A stretch of DNA of 64,000 nucleotides from Chrysomallon squamiferum (lineage: Eukaryota; Animalia; Mollusca): contig CM022667.1 in the NCBI GenBank assembly GCA_012295275.1, positions 10,478,001 through 10,542,000 of the forward strand. Reading direction: 5' to 3'. The position numbers and the translations under genes are program-made. Each line of letters starts with the position of its first letter. Within the stretch, counting starts at the first letter, position 1. The notes below the pieces were generated by a model. That model was not told where the DNA came from, searched no databases, and worked only from the letters and a program-made list of their open reading frames with translations. Of the stretch, positions 1-20,190 are shown one piece after another.

Positions 1-1900
1 TGTGGAATATGTCCCGGCGGCGGCATCAGCAACATCTACGCATACCTCCTCAACGGCGACGTGTCCCTCTCCGTCACCATGACCTGTATCAGCACAATGT
101 CAGCACTGGGTGAGTTTTTGTTTTAGAATTCACAGTATTGCGATAGTAAGATCGATGATTGTTTTTTTGTTGTTTTTTTGTCATCTAAATATATTTTAAT
201 ATTGATTTAATGCTGACAGTTATTCAATATTTATTAGTTTGGGCTCAGGTTGGAACGGTAAATGTCTGAGCAAGTGCTGCAGTACCGACCCGGTCATTAA
301 CCCTTTGTGCTTCAGGGTTTGGCCTTACCCCCTGATGTTTAATTACGTCTTTATAACGCATTGTTATCTGTTAAGGAGTAACTGTAATCCATCTACTCCA
401 TTATGAGAATCATTTTCGATGTATAGAGTTACCTAGGCGGGACAGCCCTTCATTTCCAGTACAGAGACTTTTATTATTTATTTGTTGGTTAATGATACAT
501 TTTTTTGGACAGAACAGAAGATAAATAAGTACAGAAGATGTTAATATCACAACGGTAATGAATGTTGTGTCCTGTAAACAAAGGCTTGTCGACCGCAAAA
601 GAGATCGAAAGCTTTTTTTTCTGTACAAAGCAGCTATTATAAGTTTATAAGTCATTAATATTCGCCTATCTTGTTTTATATACTGTTTCAGCATGATTTT
701 TTTAATAAAGTATGATATTATACTCCACGAATTTGCTTTAGCGTATGCTACTGCAATAGAACAATGGTGTATGGGCGTGCATACGTACGTGCATTTGTTT
801 GAGAAAGTATTTTAAATAATACGTTGTAATATCATCCTCTACGATTTTTCTTCAGTGTATGTTATTGGAATATAGCAAGTGTCTACATGGGTGCGTACTA
901 TGTGTATTTTTCTCTGTAATTATGTAACAAACTAATTAACTAATACTTAAGAAAAAAAATAATAATAATAAATAAAAACGATTTTTTAAATCAGTAAACA
1001 ATAAAAGCTGTAAGCCATTACTTTCATAAACAATTTGTGTTCATTGTATACAATATTCTTCGTTTTTCCACTGCGAGTTCATGTAGTCGTCATCGCCACC
1101 ATCATAGTCATAGATGAATGAATGAAATGAAAGAACGAATGCACAAACTGACAGACTGACAATGGGAGGCTCGGACTCATGTTTATTAATTTATTGCAGC
1201 AATGGTTCCGCTGTGGATGTTCACGCTCGGGCAGACGTTTGCAGACGACACGACAAAGATAACCATTCCCTACGGCAACATCGTTCCTCACTCTGGCGAC
1301 AGTCATCGTTCCTCTCTTCGTGGGCGTGCTCATAAAATACAAGTTTCAAAAGCTGCCAAGCTCATCGTCAAAATCGTCAAGCCGCTTTCCATAATTACCT
1401 TGGTCCTTCTGATCAGTTTTGGAATCTACATGAATTTGTGGATCTTCAGGCTGTTCACCCCAGCAATAGTCCTCGCCAGCTGTTTGCTGCCGTACGTCGG
1501 CTACGTTGCCGGCGGCGTCATAGCACTGATTTGCCGCCAGCCGTGGTACCGTGTGAAAACCATCTCCATAGAAACGGGTATTCAGAATATACTGATCGCG
1601 TATCTGTTGCTGATGGACTCGCTTCCGGTTCCCGATGGTGACTTGGCTTCCATTGGTCCAATCGCGTCTTCCTTGGTGACGCCACTTCCTCTCTTCCTTA
1701 CTATTCTTGTCTACCTGACTTACAGACGCTTCAAGAAGAAACCCGATCTCGTGTCGCTAGATGAGAAAGACAAAGAAGAAGAACAAGACGCTGCTTCAGA
1801 CAGAAATAAAAACGAACTGGAAGGAAGGATGAAGACTACAAAAAACGATGAAAAAGAAGGCGTCACAAAAGAACTTCTGGATATGACACCAAGGGCGTGA
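1..1900 (+). CDS. SLC10 family sodium/bile-acid cotransporter, copy A (5'-truncated by the window). Exons <1-109 and 1200-1900
   Basis: Exon 1-109 reads [37 protein letters not shown], the SBF/SLC10 PGG..SN...L..GD..LS motif. Phase-1 donor G|GTGAG at 109/110 and acceptor TTGCAG| at 1199. The last exon has MVPLW, LLPY.G and [10 protein letters not shown]. Stop TGA ends at 1900. A +1/-1 frameshifted stretch lies at about 1283-1347. Confidence 0.9.
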
Positions 1901-2423
1901 AAAAAAAAAAAATAATAATAATAATAATAAATTGGTGAATCTTTCACTGACGAAACTTTTATAATATTTGTTAACATGTATAATGCATAAAAACTTACAC
2001 TTATTATTCCATCTTTCTGTCTGTCTATCTGTATCTGTCTATACATTTTTCTCGGACACAGTATAATTCTATATATCTGTCTCTTCTCTATCTGTCTGTC
2101 TGTCTATGATTATTTTCTCTTTATGATATTACTAATACACTCATGCTCAGTTGTTGCTCATCATAATAACGACAAAGTCTATACTTACAACTGTAATTCT
2201 ATAAACAGACATATTTTCATATTGTATCGCTGAATAAAAACAGGATTTAATAAAAGTGGAATAAATAATATTCTGCTGTGCATCAAGGCTTGAGTTATTA
2301 TAAATACATACATACATACAATTAATTAGATTTGTCGTGATAACGCAACAGATATTCATGTTTACCCATTGCATCACACTCAATTTTGATTGAAAAGGAT
2401 CTAAACCTATTTATTTGTAATAG

Positions 2424-2552
<129 letters not shown>

Positions 2553-2909
2553 CATACACCTATATATATATATCCTAAGTGTGTGGGTGGGTGGTTGGAA
2601 ACATTCCGAAAGCAAAGAGACATGTTAGTAATGAGAGCTGTTTTCGTTCAATAGTTTAAAAAGAAGAATATTTATCATACATGCTTCCATTAATTACGTT
2701 CTTTACAAAATTATAAATACCAATCAAATGGCAAAATAACAATAATAACAATAAGAATAATAATAATAATAATAACAATAATAATAATAATAATAACAAC
2801 AATAATAATAATAATTGTCGAGCGTTTCCGTAACACATCGTCATCCGTTTGCTGTGACGTAACTATCACAGCGTCATGGCGTCAACAGACTGACAGCAGA
2901 CAGACAGCA

Positions 2910-8970
<6,061 letters not shown>

Positions 8971-9211
8971 TAAATAGGGGAGGTTACTCCAATGAGTTCA
9001 GCTCAGATCAGACAGATTAATGAAGATTTTTTAAATTTTATACAAAAGATATTTATTTATTTATTTATTTACTTATTATTTATTTATTTATTAGTAAGTT
9101 TCACTAGATTTTAATGAAAATGTAAAACAAAATTTTTTATTTCAAATATCTACATATATTTTCACGGACATATTTATTTTCTATCGTCTTCTAAGTATCA
9201 TTTTCATCTTA

Positions 9212-9269
<58 letters not shown>

Positions 9270-9990
9270 GTCTCAAGATGGTTAAAATATCTGTCACAAA
9301 ATACGTTATAACCACATAATTTTGTTTATTAAAATAGAAGTTATACAAAGATAAAGCTGCATTATAAATCACATATATGTATGGAACATAGTGTAAACAA
9401 AGCTTCAGTAATAAAAGAGCTGTTATCCGAAATTAATAACAAACTGTTATCATTTATTTCTTTTTACTACTACTACTACTATTATTATTATTTATTTATT
9501 TATTATTTTCTAGTTCTAAATGATATTATGCCTGTCTGTAAATAACAACAAGAATAATAAAAAGCCTATAATATATAATAAGAAATTTTCGTTATTTAAT
9601 CATTGTTAATTGGTCGTAGATGTTACTTCACGACAGTTTCTTCAATTTTATTTTTTATTTATTTTTTTTTTTTTTTATACACTCAAGTTATTCCACATAA
9701 ACAGTTGCACATTATAAAGATTAATTTTTCTAGTCTCGTTACTTCATTGTTATTTCGTTCTTAGCAAAGGAGACTATCACATGGTGCATTATTGTTTTAG
9801 CTGCAATCAGGAACAACATGTCGCAATTATTATCATAACGTGTGACATTTCGGAACAATTACCAGCACTGTCTAGGGCAGAGCTATGCACCACTACACTG
9901 GAATAGTTCATTACTGGTTTTGACTGGAGACAAGTCAAACAGCACTCAGCTACCGATTTGTACCACGTAAAAATCACGTAAAAATAAAAA

Positions 9991-10870
9991 ATGTCAAATC
10001 GGATAAGAATTTTCTCAAACATCCTAATACTGTGCGTATTAGGTTCATTTTGGAAGAGCTGCTGTGGGAATGTTATTGATGTGGACGTCAAAAGTTTACA
10101 AGATTTGCCTTTAAAACTTTTCGACGATGAAGTAAAGAGTTTTGTTTTCAACTTCAATTCATCGTTGACGAAGGACACCGCGGTTAGGTTCACAGTTGAT
10201 AAAACAAATATCGCTAGTATATTTGAAAATGACACATTTTTATTATCTGAAAATATAACTGTGTGGATTTCTGGCCATCTTCTTGGACGGGCAAATTTGA
10301 CAGTATTATTTGTAAACACTTCTAGTAGTTCATCAACGGGAGATAATCCTGATAGTAATACATTGTATGAAGTGCCTACAAAATTTGGAATTATTGTCAG
10401 CCGAAAAGAAAAATCTATCGACACTGCATTTACCGTAGTTATAATAATTTTGGTGATTGTGTTAAATATTGGAATGGGATGCAAAGTTGAACTGTCAGTC
10501 GTAAAAGAAACTTTAAAGAAACCCATTGCACCAATAACTGGTTTTCTTTCACAGTTTATATTAATGCCAGTGGTAAGAATATTAGTTAAAACCAATTGTT
10601 GTTTAATTCTAAATTATTATTATTATTATTATAATTATTATTATTATTTTATTTTTTTGAAAAATATTATTTTAGTTAATAAATATATAAAATTTCTCTC
10701 TCTCTCATATTAAAAATAGACTAACAGTTTATTATCAACTTTTTCAGACAATGCAGTTTCCTGGTTTTCTTGGAAACAGGAAACAGATGCATGAACTTCA
10801 GATAAAATAATTTTTATATTAATGCCAGTGGTAAGAACAACAATTAAAACCAATTATTGTTTAGTTTTAG

Positions 10871-10902
<32 letters not shown>

Positions 10903-11960
10903 AAAAAAATTTTTTTTTTTTTTTTGTGTTGAAAAATATTTTAGTTAATATATCAAAATCTTTTACATATTAAAAGTATGCTGACACTTAGTAACAGTAA
11001 ACCATCTTTATCAAACAATGCTGATTCCTGGATTGCTCAGTCAGAAACATATGCATAAACCTTCATCAAACAGGTTTGAATTGTTACAGAATAAATAAAG
11101 AATAGTAAAAAGAATAGAAAAAAAATTCTTCCTGTTGCTGTTGAGTGTATACTGAAATTTTAATCTGTTCTCGTCAAAAATTGTCTACAATCAGTTTGTT
11201 ATTTATTTTTGTTTTAAGAATTTTTTTTTTTTTTTATATATATATATATATTGTTACAGAATGAAAATAAATAAAGAAAGAAAGAAACAAAGGAATAGCC
11301 AATAAAAAAAAAAATATATATATATAAATTTATTTCTTTCTTTTACAGATCTCCTTCATGTTGGCTTATTTTTTAAAACTCGATCCAGGAATTGCTCTTG
11401 GATTTTTGCAGTAGGCTGCTCACCAGGGGGCGCTGTTAGTAACATCTATTCATACTTACTAGGTGGTGATGTCTCCCTCAGTGTGACCATGACCTTGATG
11501 AGCACAGTTGCCTCCTTTGGTAAGAACACAAACCTAGAGATATGTTCAGGATCCCTTGTCCAAAATTCTGAAATCTGAAACTTTTTCCAAGCAGCAGAAA
11601 TAATGATATCTTACAGTTTTAGGTCAATTTTTGATACACAAATTTTATGCACAAAAGTATTAAAAAATTATATAAAAAACTTCTGCAAACTATCTGAATA
11701 AGCCTTTTATGAAATATAAATGAAATTGATATTTAGACATAAATTCTATTCTAATGCTATCTCCTTATATTCCAAAAATCTGAAATATTGTAAAATCCAA
11801 AATACTTTCAGTCAGTCCCAAGCATTTTGGATAACAGATTCTCAACAGGTTCAAATATTTATTTTTCATATTTGTAGATTCTGAGATAAAGCATGTCTTG
11901 TAATGGGATCTATTTTAAGAGAAGTAAAGTTACCATGGTAACACCTGCACACACACACAC

Positions 11961-11997
<37 letters not shown>

Positions 11998-13298
11998 TCA
12001 GTAAAATATTAATTTCATGTTCACGAACTTAATAAAGAAAATAAGATTGTTATATAAAACTAGCTTCTGGCTATGTCTGTTCAAGTAAGCAGTATATGAA
12101 AAATAAACATTATTTTGAGTTTAAAGTGGATCCTTCTTTATCTAGATTGCCATATTCCAAAATTCACTATATACAACTAGTGCCTAAAGTATTCTTGATG
12201 TTCTTTATAGCGCTTTATGAAAACTGTTTCATTTTGCCACAAACCTGCTTTAACATTAAATTATTATGATTATTATTATTATTATTATTATTATTAGTAT
12301 CATTATTATTATTATTATTATTGTAGTATTAGCATATTAAAATTGTTATTATTATTATCTTTTTACCTTTAGTATATTACTGTTATTATTATTACTTTTA
12401 CTGCTACTAGTACTACCATTGTAATGATTATTGTTATTACTATTAATAGTAGTAGCACTAGTACTGCTACTGTTATTATTTAATATTTAAAAAAGATTAT
12501 AGTTATTATTATTCAAGTATTTCTTATCAAAACATTTGCTGTAATGAAAACTACTTCTTTTTTACTTTCACTTTGAAATTAAATTATTTTCTGAATTTAA
12601 AAAATTTTATATTTCATATCTCTCACTTTCAGGAATGATTCCACTATGGCTGTTCACTCTGGGAACTAAAGTCCTATACAAGGATGCTGGTTTGGAGATT
12701 CCATTCACAAACATCTTCACATCTCTGTTAGGTTTGATTCTTCCAATTGGAATAGGACTTTGCCCTTCAACATAAGAAACCGGAATGGGCAATGCTAGTC
12801 GTGAAAATTATTTGTCCATTTGCCTTCATATTTCTTTTTTTTGTTTTCACTGTTGGAGTGTATTCAAATCTCTACATATTCTATGTTCTGGTCCCCATGG
12901 TGATCCTGGCTGGTGCACTGTTACCTTATTGTGGTTTTGTTTTTGGTGGAATAGTAGCCTTTATCGCTAGACAGCCAAAGAAGAATATTATAACAATCGC
13001 TATAGAAACGGGAATTCAGAATACTGGAATTGCTATTGTTATGCTCAAAGTTTCTCTGGAACCTCCTGATAATGATCTAGGAATTGTTCCAGCCATTATT
13101 AGTGCTATATTCACTCCAGTTCCACTCGTTATAGCCATTGTTGCCTTGGAGATAAAGAAGAGGTGTCTTCGTAAGAAAACTCTGCAGTTGCAACATGCTG
13201 AGGATAATGGTGAGATGCTGCAAGACCATGAAACAACACACAAAAAGACAGAGAATGACAAAGATTTTCCAAAAGTAGATTTAACTGGAGATCACTGA
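9991..13298 (+). pseudogene. SLC10 family transporter copy B, frameshifted as assembled. Exons 9991-10572, 11349-11519, 12633-13298
   Basis: Near-identical to copy C. A -1 indel (T5 versus T6) at about 11403-11407 gives an immediate TAG, and a +1 indel lies in a C run at about 12763-12765. Both are in homopolymers, so they may be assembly errors. Confidence 0.75.
11541..11849. mobile_element. Tigger4/Zombi (MER46)-like non-autonomous pogo/Tigger DNA transposon in SLC10-B intron 2
   Basis: Imperfect TIRs: TGTTCAGGATCCCTTGTCCAAAA at left versus reverse-complemented TGTTGAGAATCTGTTATCCAAAA at right (18/23). The internal sequence and the end GTCCCAAGCATTTTGGATAA..GATTCTCAAC resemble the Tigger4a/b consensus as I recall it. 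Confidence 0.7.
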
Positions 13299-15889
13299 TG
13301 CAAAACAAAAAGAAGAAAAAATGTTTTTACTGCCATAGTATATATATTTACTATGTTAAATACTTACTTTTGGAGAAGGCGATTAAAACATTTTTTTTTC
13401 TGCATGTAAATAATTAATTATTTTATTTATATTATTATTAAACTACTACTGCTACTACTGCTACTACTACCACTACTGCTGCTATTATTATTATTCTTTT
13501 TTGTGGGATTGTCTTTATTTTGGGGGATTTTCTAGGAAAACTCTTAATTAAATATTTAATTATCTGATGATTATATATTACATGTTTTAGACACACAAAT
13601 ATGCACACTTATAACATTATCATACACATGTATATAAATACAAGCAACACACACACACACACACACATGCACCTACCTACATATGTACGTATCTGATGTT
13701 TTGAACATGATAAAATTTCCAAATATTTACCGATTACAGAATCTAAATAGGAAAATAAAAGGTCATTACATAAAACATTATTAGTGAGGACATGAAATGT
13801 AAAATACCTGTCACAAAATAAATATAGTCTTATAATTTTATTGATTAAAACAGCAATTATTCCAAAAGAACTATATATATATATATATAATTACTAAGTA
13901 ACTTATATGTTACTTATAATAAACCACTGCCCTATGAACAACTAAGACAGAGTTTCAAATCAGAGGATGTTAATACTACATAATCCGTGATATAGAAATA
14001 TTAAAGTATACAATACTGTTCATAAAACCATAGTTAATTAACACAAAGCATAATAAGGATTCTACAGTTTTAAAATCAGGACAAATCAAAACAAAACAAA
14101 CACTGATGTTTACATAAAAAGAAAGTAATCAGAAACAAATACATTCAACAAAAGTGTGATCACATAATAATCACTCTATAGTTCATTATATTCAAATGTG
14201 AGGAGAAGTCAATTACATGCATTTAAATATTAATATCAGAGTTCATTAATGATGGCTTCCAGATGAAGTTATCCACAAGTAAAACCTAACCCTATCCTGT
14301 ATTCCCCATCCATACTATTACATGCTATCATAATCAGTATTCAAGTAGAACTAACATTATATGAAACTTGTAAGTGCCATTAATCCAGTCCTGCTCAGTT
14401 TGATACCAGTGAAATAATCTAACAATATAAAACAAGTGATCATTAAATCACTCAAGACATTCTTGAAGTTCATTCAGTCCTAATTATTATAAGTTTCATC
14501 CAATCCCATGTGTTGAAAGTAATCTTCAACAACAGCAGTTAACTTCAGTTTGGAATTTTAAGCCCATTGTTTATGTAATAGCAGGGGTTCTGTTGTCTTT
14601 TGTAGGAACACATTAACAACTAGTGGACACCAACCTGGTTGATGTTTATCTATTTCTGGCACTTGTACACCTGGCATACTAATACTTATATAATACATGT
14701 GTCTGTAATCATTTCTACCACTTCTGTTAACTAGAACCAATTACACCGTTTATAAGTTCCTGTAAAAATCCTTTATATATAAATAAATTATCAGACAATA
14801 ATAATAGTAACTGAACAATAAGCCTTTTAAGTACATGAACTTTCTGGAATTATTATTCATATATTGGTTACACTGAAATAATAAATACATCACTGATGTA
14901 GTATCGTAAGCAACACTTACCCCATACAGCCACCGTAGCCACTTGAACAGAAATAATGAATAGCTATCGGCTGTGTATACTTAGAAAATACTCTGTGCAT
15001 CATGTTTACTTTTAAATTTGTTTCCATGTGAAAACTAATACACATTAATTTATAATAAATTGGTTGCCACTTAAAGTTAGCCATGACATTTAGTAAATTG
15101 TGTTCTAATAGATTCAAAATAAATAAAAGTTCACAAGCAAAACCTGGTAATAAAATGTTTACAATATAATTAATGTTTAATTTTTAATATATAATATTTT
15201 TAATTATTCTTTAAAGTAGACATATTAAAATGAAAGCAATAAGCCAAAACTAATTACTTACCTCAGGCAGAGCTGTAGCACATTGTAAGTGAAACTATTA
15301 TTAACCGAAATATGAAAATGCTTACTTTCACTAACAATTATTTAAGGTCCTGTCATGTCAAGGACCAGAGTGGAATCCTTGTTCTCTCAGAATATTCCCC
15401 CTTAAGCTCAAGACGGCAGTTACCATATATGGTCATGTTAGATATAACAAAATCTTTTGCATACTTACCACAAGTATAATACGATACATTTCAATTTATT
15501 TATTTATTTATTTTATCATTCAGTATTATTTATTTACTTCTCTTTTTTTTTTTTTTTTCGTACACTCAAGTTATTCCACATGAAAATTCGCACTTTATAA
15601 ACACTAACTAGTCTCGATACTTCATGGTTATTTCGTTCTTCGTAAAGAAGACTATCACGTTGCGTCGTTGTTTTTTTTAGCTGCAATCAGGATTTTCGGC
15701 CTGAATGCTTGTCGCAGTTATTATTATAACGTGTGACATTTCGGAACAATTACCAGCACTGTCCAGGGCACAGACATGCACCACTACACTGGAATAGTTC
15801 ATTACTGATTTCGACTGGAGATAAACAGCACACACTACACAGCTGCCGATTTGTACCAAACCTGACTAGTGGGTCACGTAAAAATGAAA

Positions 15890-16511
15890 ATGTCAAATCG
15901 GAAAGGAATTTTCTCAAACATTCTAATACTGTGCGTATTAGGTTCATTTTGGAAGAGCTGCTGTGGGAATGTTATTGATGTGGACGTCAAAAGTTTACAA
16001 GATTTGCCTTTAAAACTTTTCGACGATGAAGTAAAGAGTTTTGTTTTCAACTTCAATTCATCGTTGACGAAGGACACCGCGGTTAGGTTCACAGTTGATA
16101 AAACAAATATCGCTAGTATATTTGAAAATGACACATTTTTATTATCTGAAAATATAACTGTGTGGATTTCTGGCCATCTTCTTGGACGGGCAAATTTGAC
16201 AGTATTATTTGTAAACACTTCTAGTAGTTCATCAACGGGAGATAATCCTGATAGTAATACATTGTATGAAGTGCCAACAAAATTTGGAATTATTGTCAGC
16301 CGAAAAGAAAAACCTGTCGACACTGCATTTACCGTAGTTATAATAATTTTGGTGATTGTGTTAAATATTGGAATGGGATGCAAAGTTGAACTGTCAGTCG
16401 TAAAAGAAACTTTAAAGAAACCCATCGCACCAATAACTGGTTTTCTTTCACAGTTTATATTAATGCCAGTGGTAAGAATATCAGTTAAAACCAATTATTG
16501 TTTAATTCTAA

Positions 16512-16558
<47 letters not shown>

Positions 16559-17445
16559 CATTTTTTTAATTATTATTATTTTTTATTATTATTTTGAAAA
16601 ATATTATTTTAGTTAATAAATATATAAAATTTCTCTCTCACACATATTAAAAATAGACTAACAGTTTACTATCAATTTTGTCAGACAATGCAGTTTCCTG
16701 GTTTTCTTGATAAGGAAACAGATGCATGAACTTCAGCTAAAATAAATGTTTGTTTTTTAAGAAAAATGTTTTAATTTTAACAGAATAAATAAAGAAATAA
16801 AGAACAGTAAAAAGCAGAAAAAAACAATTCTTCCTGTAGATGTCAAACATACATTGAAATTTTTATCTGTTCTTATCAAATTGTATACAGGGGGTTTTTA
16901 AGAAAAAAAATGGTATTACAGAATAAAAAAAAAAAAGAAAGAAAGAAAGAAAGAAAGAAAAAAGAAAAACAAACAAGAAAATCCCTTTGCTCTTCATAAT
17001 GAGTATCTACTGCATTTTTAATCAGTTATTATTAACAATAAATTGTATACTTTCAGGTTGTTACACAAAAATATGTTGTTATCAGCAAGTGCTATAAGGT
17101 TCTATAACATAACAGTAACAGATCTAAGCTATATACATTTATTATGCAAGACCTCAGCTAATTTGAAAAGAAAATTACTTCTATTTGTCAGCATTTGTCT
17201 GTTAAACAAGTAAAATATTCTTGTTTATCTGTATGTCTGCCTTGTTTGTTTTTCATTAGAATTAGAGACAGAAGTACATTTTTGTAGTTCTTTTGATATG
17301 TACAGTTAAAATTCAACAGTTCAGAGTTTTTAATCAATATCAATGTGTTTGTTTTCACTATTTTTATTGTTAAACTTAAATTGGATATTTATAGCATTAG
17401 AAACCTCCCTTTTCTGCATGTTTTCCACATTTTATTTTAAATAAA

Positions 17446-17478
<33 letters not shown>

Positions 17479-18718
17479 AAGCACAAAGAGACATTATTAC
17501 TTTATTATTACTATTGTTTTATTATGTTGATGGCATGTTTAATTTTATTTTATTTTATTACTCTGTTAAATTAAAACAAATTTCTTTCTTTCTTTTACAG
17601 ATCTCCTTCTTGTTGGCTTATTTTTTAAAACTCGATCCAGGAATTGCTCTTGGATTTTTTGCAGTAGGCTGCTCACCAGGGGGCTCTGCAAGTAACATCT
17701 ATTCCTACTTACTAGGTGGTGATGTCTCCCTCAGTGTGACCATGACCTTGATCAGCACAGTTGCCTCCCTTGGTGAGAATACAAATCTAGAGATATGTTC
17801 AGGATCCCATATCCAAAATTCCCAAATCATAAATCTGAAACTTAGTACTACTAATATAATGATTATTGTTAGTACAATTAGTACTACTACTATTGCTACT
17901 ATTATTATTTAATATTTTTAAAAATTTATAGTTATTATTATTCATGTATTTCTTATCAAAACATTAGCAGTAATGAAAACTACTTCTTTTTTTTCTTTCA
18001 CTTTGAAATTAAATTATTTACTGAATAAAATTTTTGTTTTTCATATTCATCAGGAATGATTCCACTATGGCTGTTCACTCTGGGAACTAAAGTCCTATAC
18101 AAGGATGCTGGTTTGGAGATTCCATTCACTAACATCTTCACTTCTCTGGTTGGTTTGATTCTTCCAATTGGAATAGGACTTTTCCTTAAACATAAGAAAC
18201 CGGAATGGGCAAAGCAGGTCGTGAAAATCATTCGTCCATTCACCTTCATATTTCTTCTTTTTGTTTTCACTGTCGGAGTGTACGCAAATCTCTACATATT
18301 CTACGTTCTGGTCCCCATGGTGATCCTGGCTGGTGCACTGTTGCCATATTGCGGTTTCCTTTTTGGCGGAATAGTAGCCTTTATCACTAGACAGTCTAAG
18401 AAGAATATTATAACAATCGCTATAGAAACGGGAATTCAGAATACTGGAATTGCTATTGTTATGCTCAAAGTTTCTCTGGAACCTCCTGATAATGATCTAG
18501 GAATTGTTCCAGCCATTATTAGTGCTATATTCACTCCAATTCCACTCGTTATTGCCATTGTTGCCTTGGAGATAAAGAAGAGGTGTCTTCGTAAGAAAAC
18601 TCTGCAGTTGCAACATGCTGAGGATAATGGTGAGATGCTGCAAGACCATGAAACAACACACAAAAAGACTGAGAATGACAAAGATCTTCCAAAAATAGAT
18701 TTAACTGGAGATCATTGA
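15890..18718 (+). CDS. SLC10 family sodium/bile-acid cotransporter copy C, intact, about 472 aa. Exons 15890-16471, 17601-17772, 18054-18718 (in-frame ATG also at 15884)
   Basis: Signal-peptide-like N-terminus and a long glycosylatable luminal domain (SLC10A3/A5-like layout). Motifs [42 protein letters not shown] and TIAIETGIQN. Splice sites are canonical and the frame is open throughout. Confidence 0.92.
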
Positions 18719-19677
18719 TGCAAAACAAAAAGAAAAGGTTTTTTGGTGCCATATTTTTATATATATACATATATAAACACTTGCTTTTGGACAAGGCAAT
18801 TGAAAATGATTTTTTTTTCCATTTAATTATTTAATTTAGTTATATTATTGCTACTAATGTTACTGATACTGCTACTATTACACCGGATGTTATCATTTTT
18901 TAATCAAATCAAGTACAAAGTAGCCATTATTAATTAAGAAAGAATATTTTATGATTGCAATGTAATATCAGTCATATTTTTTAAAATATATTTTCATATT
19001 CAAAAAATATTTTCAAAAGTAAAATACCTCCAAAGAATCCATCCAAAACTGAAATAAAAAAATATCCCCGAACAAAATAACAGCAACAAACAACTAAAAT
19101 TTAAAACAGAAACATATATTTACAAAGAAAAACAAACAAAAACAAGCAAAGTCATTTTACAATTTAAATATTTAATACTCAGGTGATTATATAATACATG
19201 ATTTAGACACAGAAAAACACATACACGCTCACACACATGCATACACCTATCTACATATGTATGTTTTTTATATAAAATTTCCAAATATTTTTTGATTGCA
19301 GAATGTAAATAGCAGAACAAAAATGTCAAAACATAAATGATAAAAATATATATATAAGCCTCAGTATTGAAAAAAGCTGCTTTTATATGGACATAAAATC
19401 ATAATATACATATATACCCAGATATACTGATGCATAGACAGATAGATATATATATATATTTATTTTAAAAGATTGTTCCCAGTAAAAAAAATACGAGAAT
19501 TCTCAGATTTAAGAATTATTTGCAAAACAAAACTGTATTTGCTTCTTGAAACAGTTTTACCAACAAAAATTAAACATATTTACAACTATTTTCAGAATCT
19601 ATAATGTGCCAAAATAATCTTTTATCTTCTTTTTTTTTTCTTATTATTTATTATATTTGCTTTTTTTTTTTAATTTT

Positions 19678-19717
<40 letters not shown>

Positions 19718-20152
19718 TGAGTAAGATATAGCAATATTTTATGATTCTAGGAACTCCATTTTGCATGGTGTTTACAATAAAATGGCAGTATGTTAAGATT
19801 TTATATTTATTTATTCATTATATTCACATAAGAAATATTTTTATTCATTTAATAATCAGATTTTTTTACATTTTAATTTTTCAGTTTTCATATTTAATCA
19901 TGTATTTTTGCAGTAAATATTTAATATATTTAGCTTTTATGATATATATATATGTATATATATGTATCTTTTAAATTTTCAGTGCAGGGTTTGGTTTCTT
20001 TTGAATATTGAGTTTTTAACATGATTTCTTTATTCTCATTTTAAGCAGATATATTTAAATTTTAATTTTAAAATATATGTGTATACTTCTTAAATTTAGT
20101 TTTGGTCTTTTTTATTTTTATGTATGTGTGTGTGCATGCATGTGTCTGTGTC

Positions 20153-20190
<38 letters not shown>

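Larger units (their letters stand above)
9677..19330 (+). repeat. Tandem segmental duplication of the SLC10 unit (about 9677-13770 versus about 15561-19330)
   Basis: Shared promoter sequence starting TACACTCAAGTTATTCCACA after a poly-T tract in both copies, near-identical exons and homologous 3' flanks. Confidence 0.9.

Noticed and set aside
9807-10595. 262-aa minus-strand ORF, and its twin at 15874-16494
   Set aside because: Antisense shadow of SLC10 exon 1. The twin is explained by the duplication.
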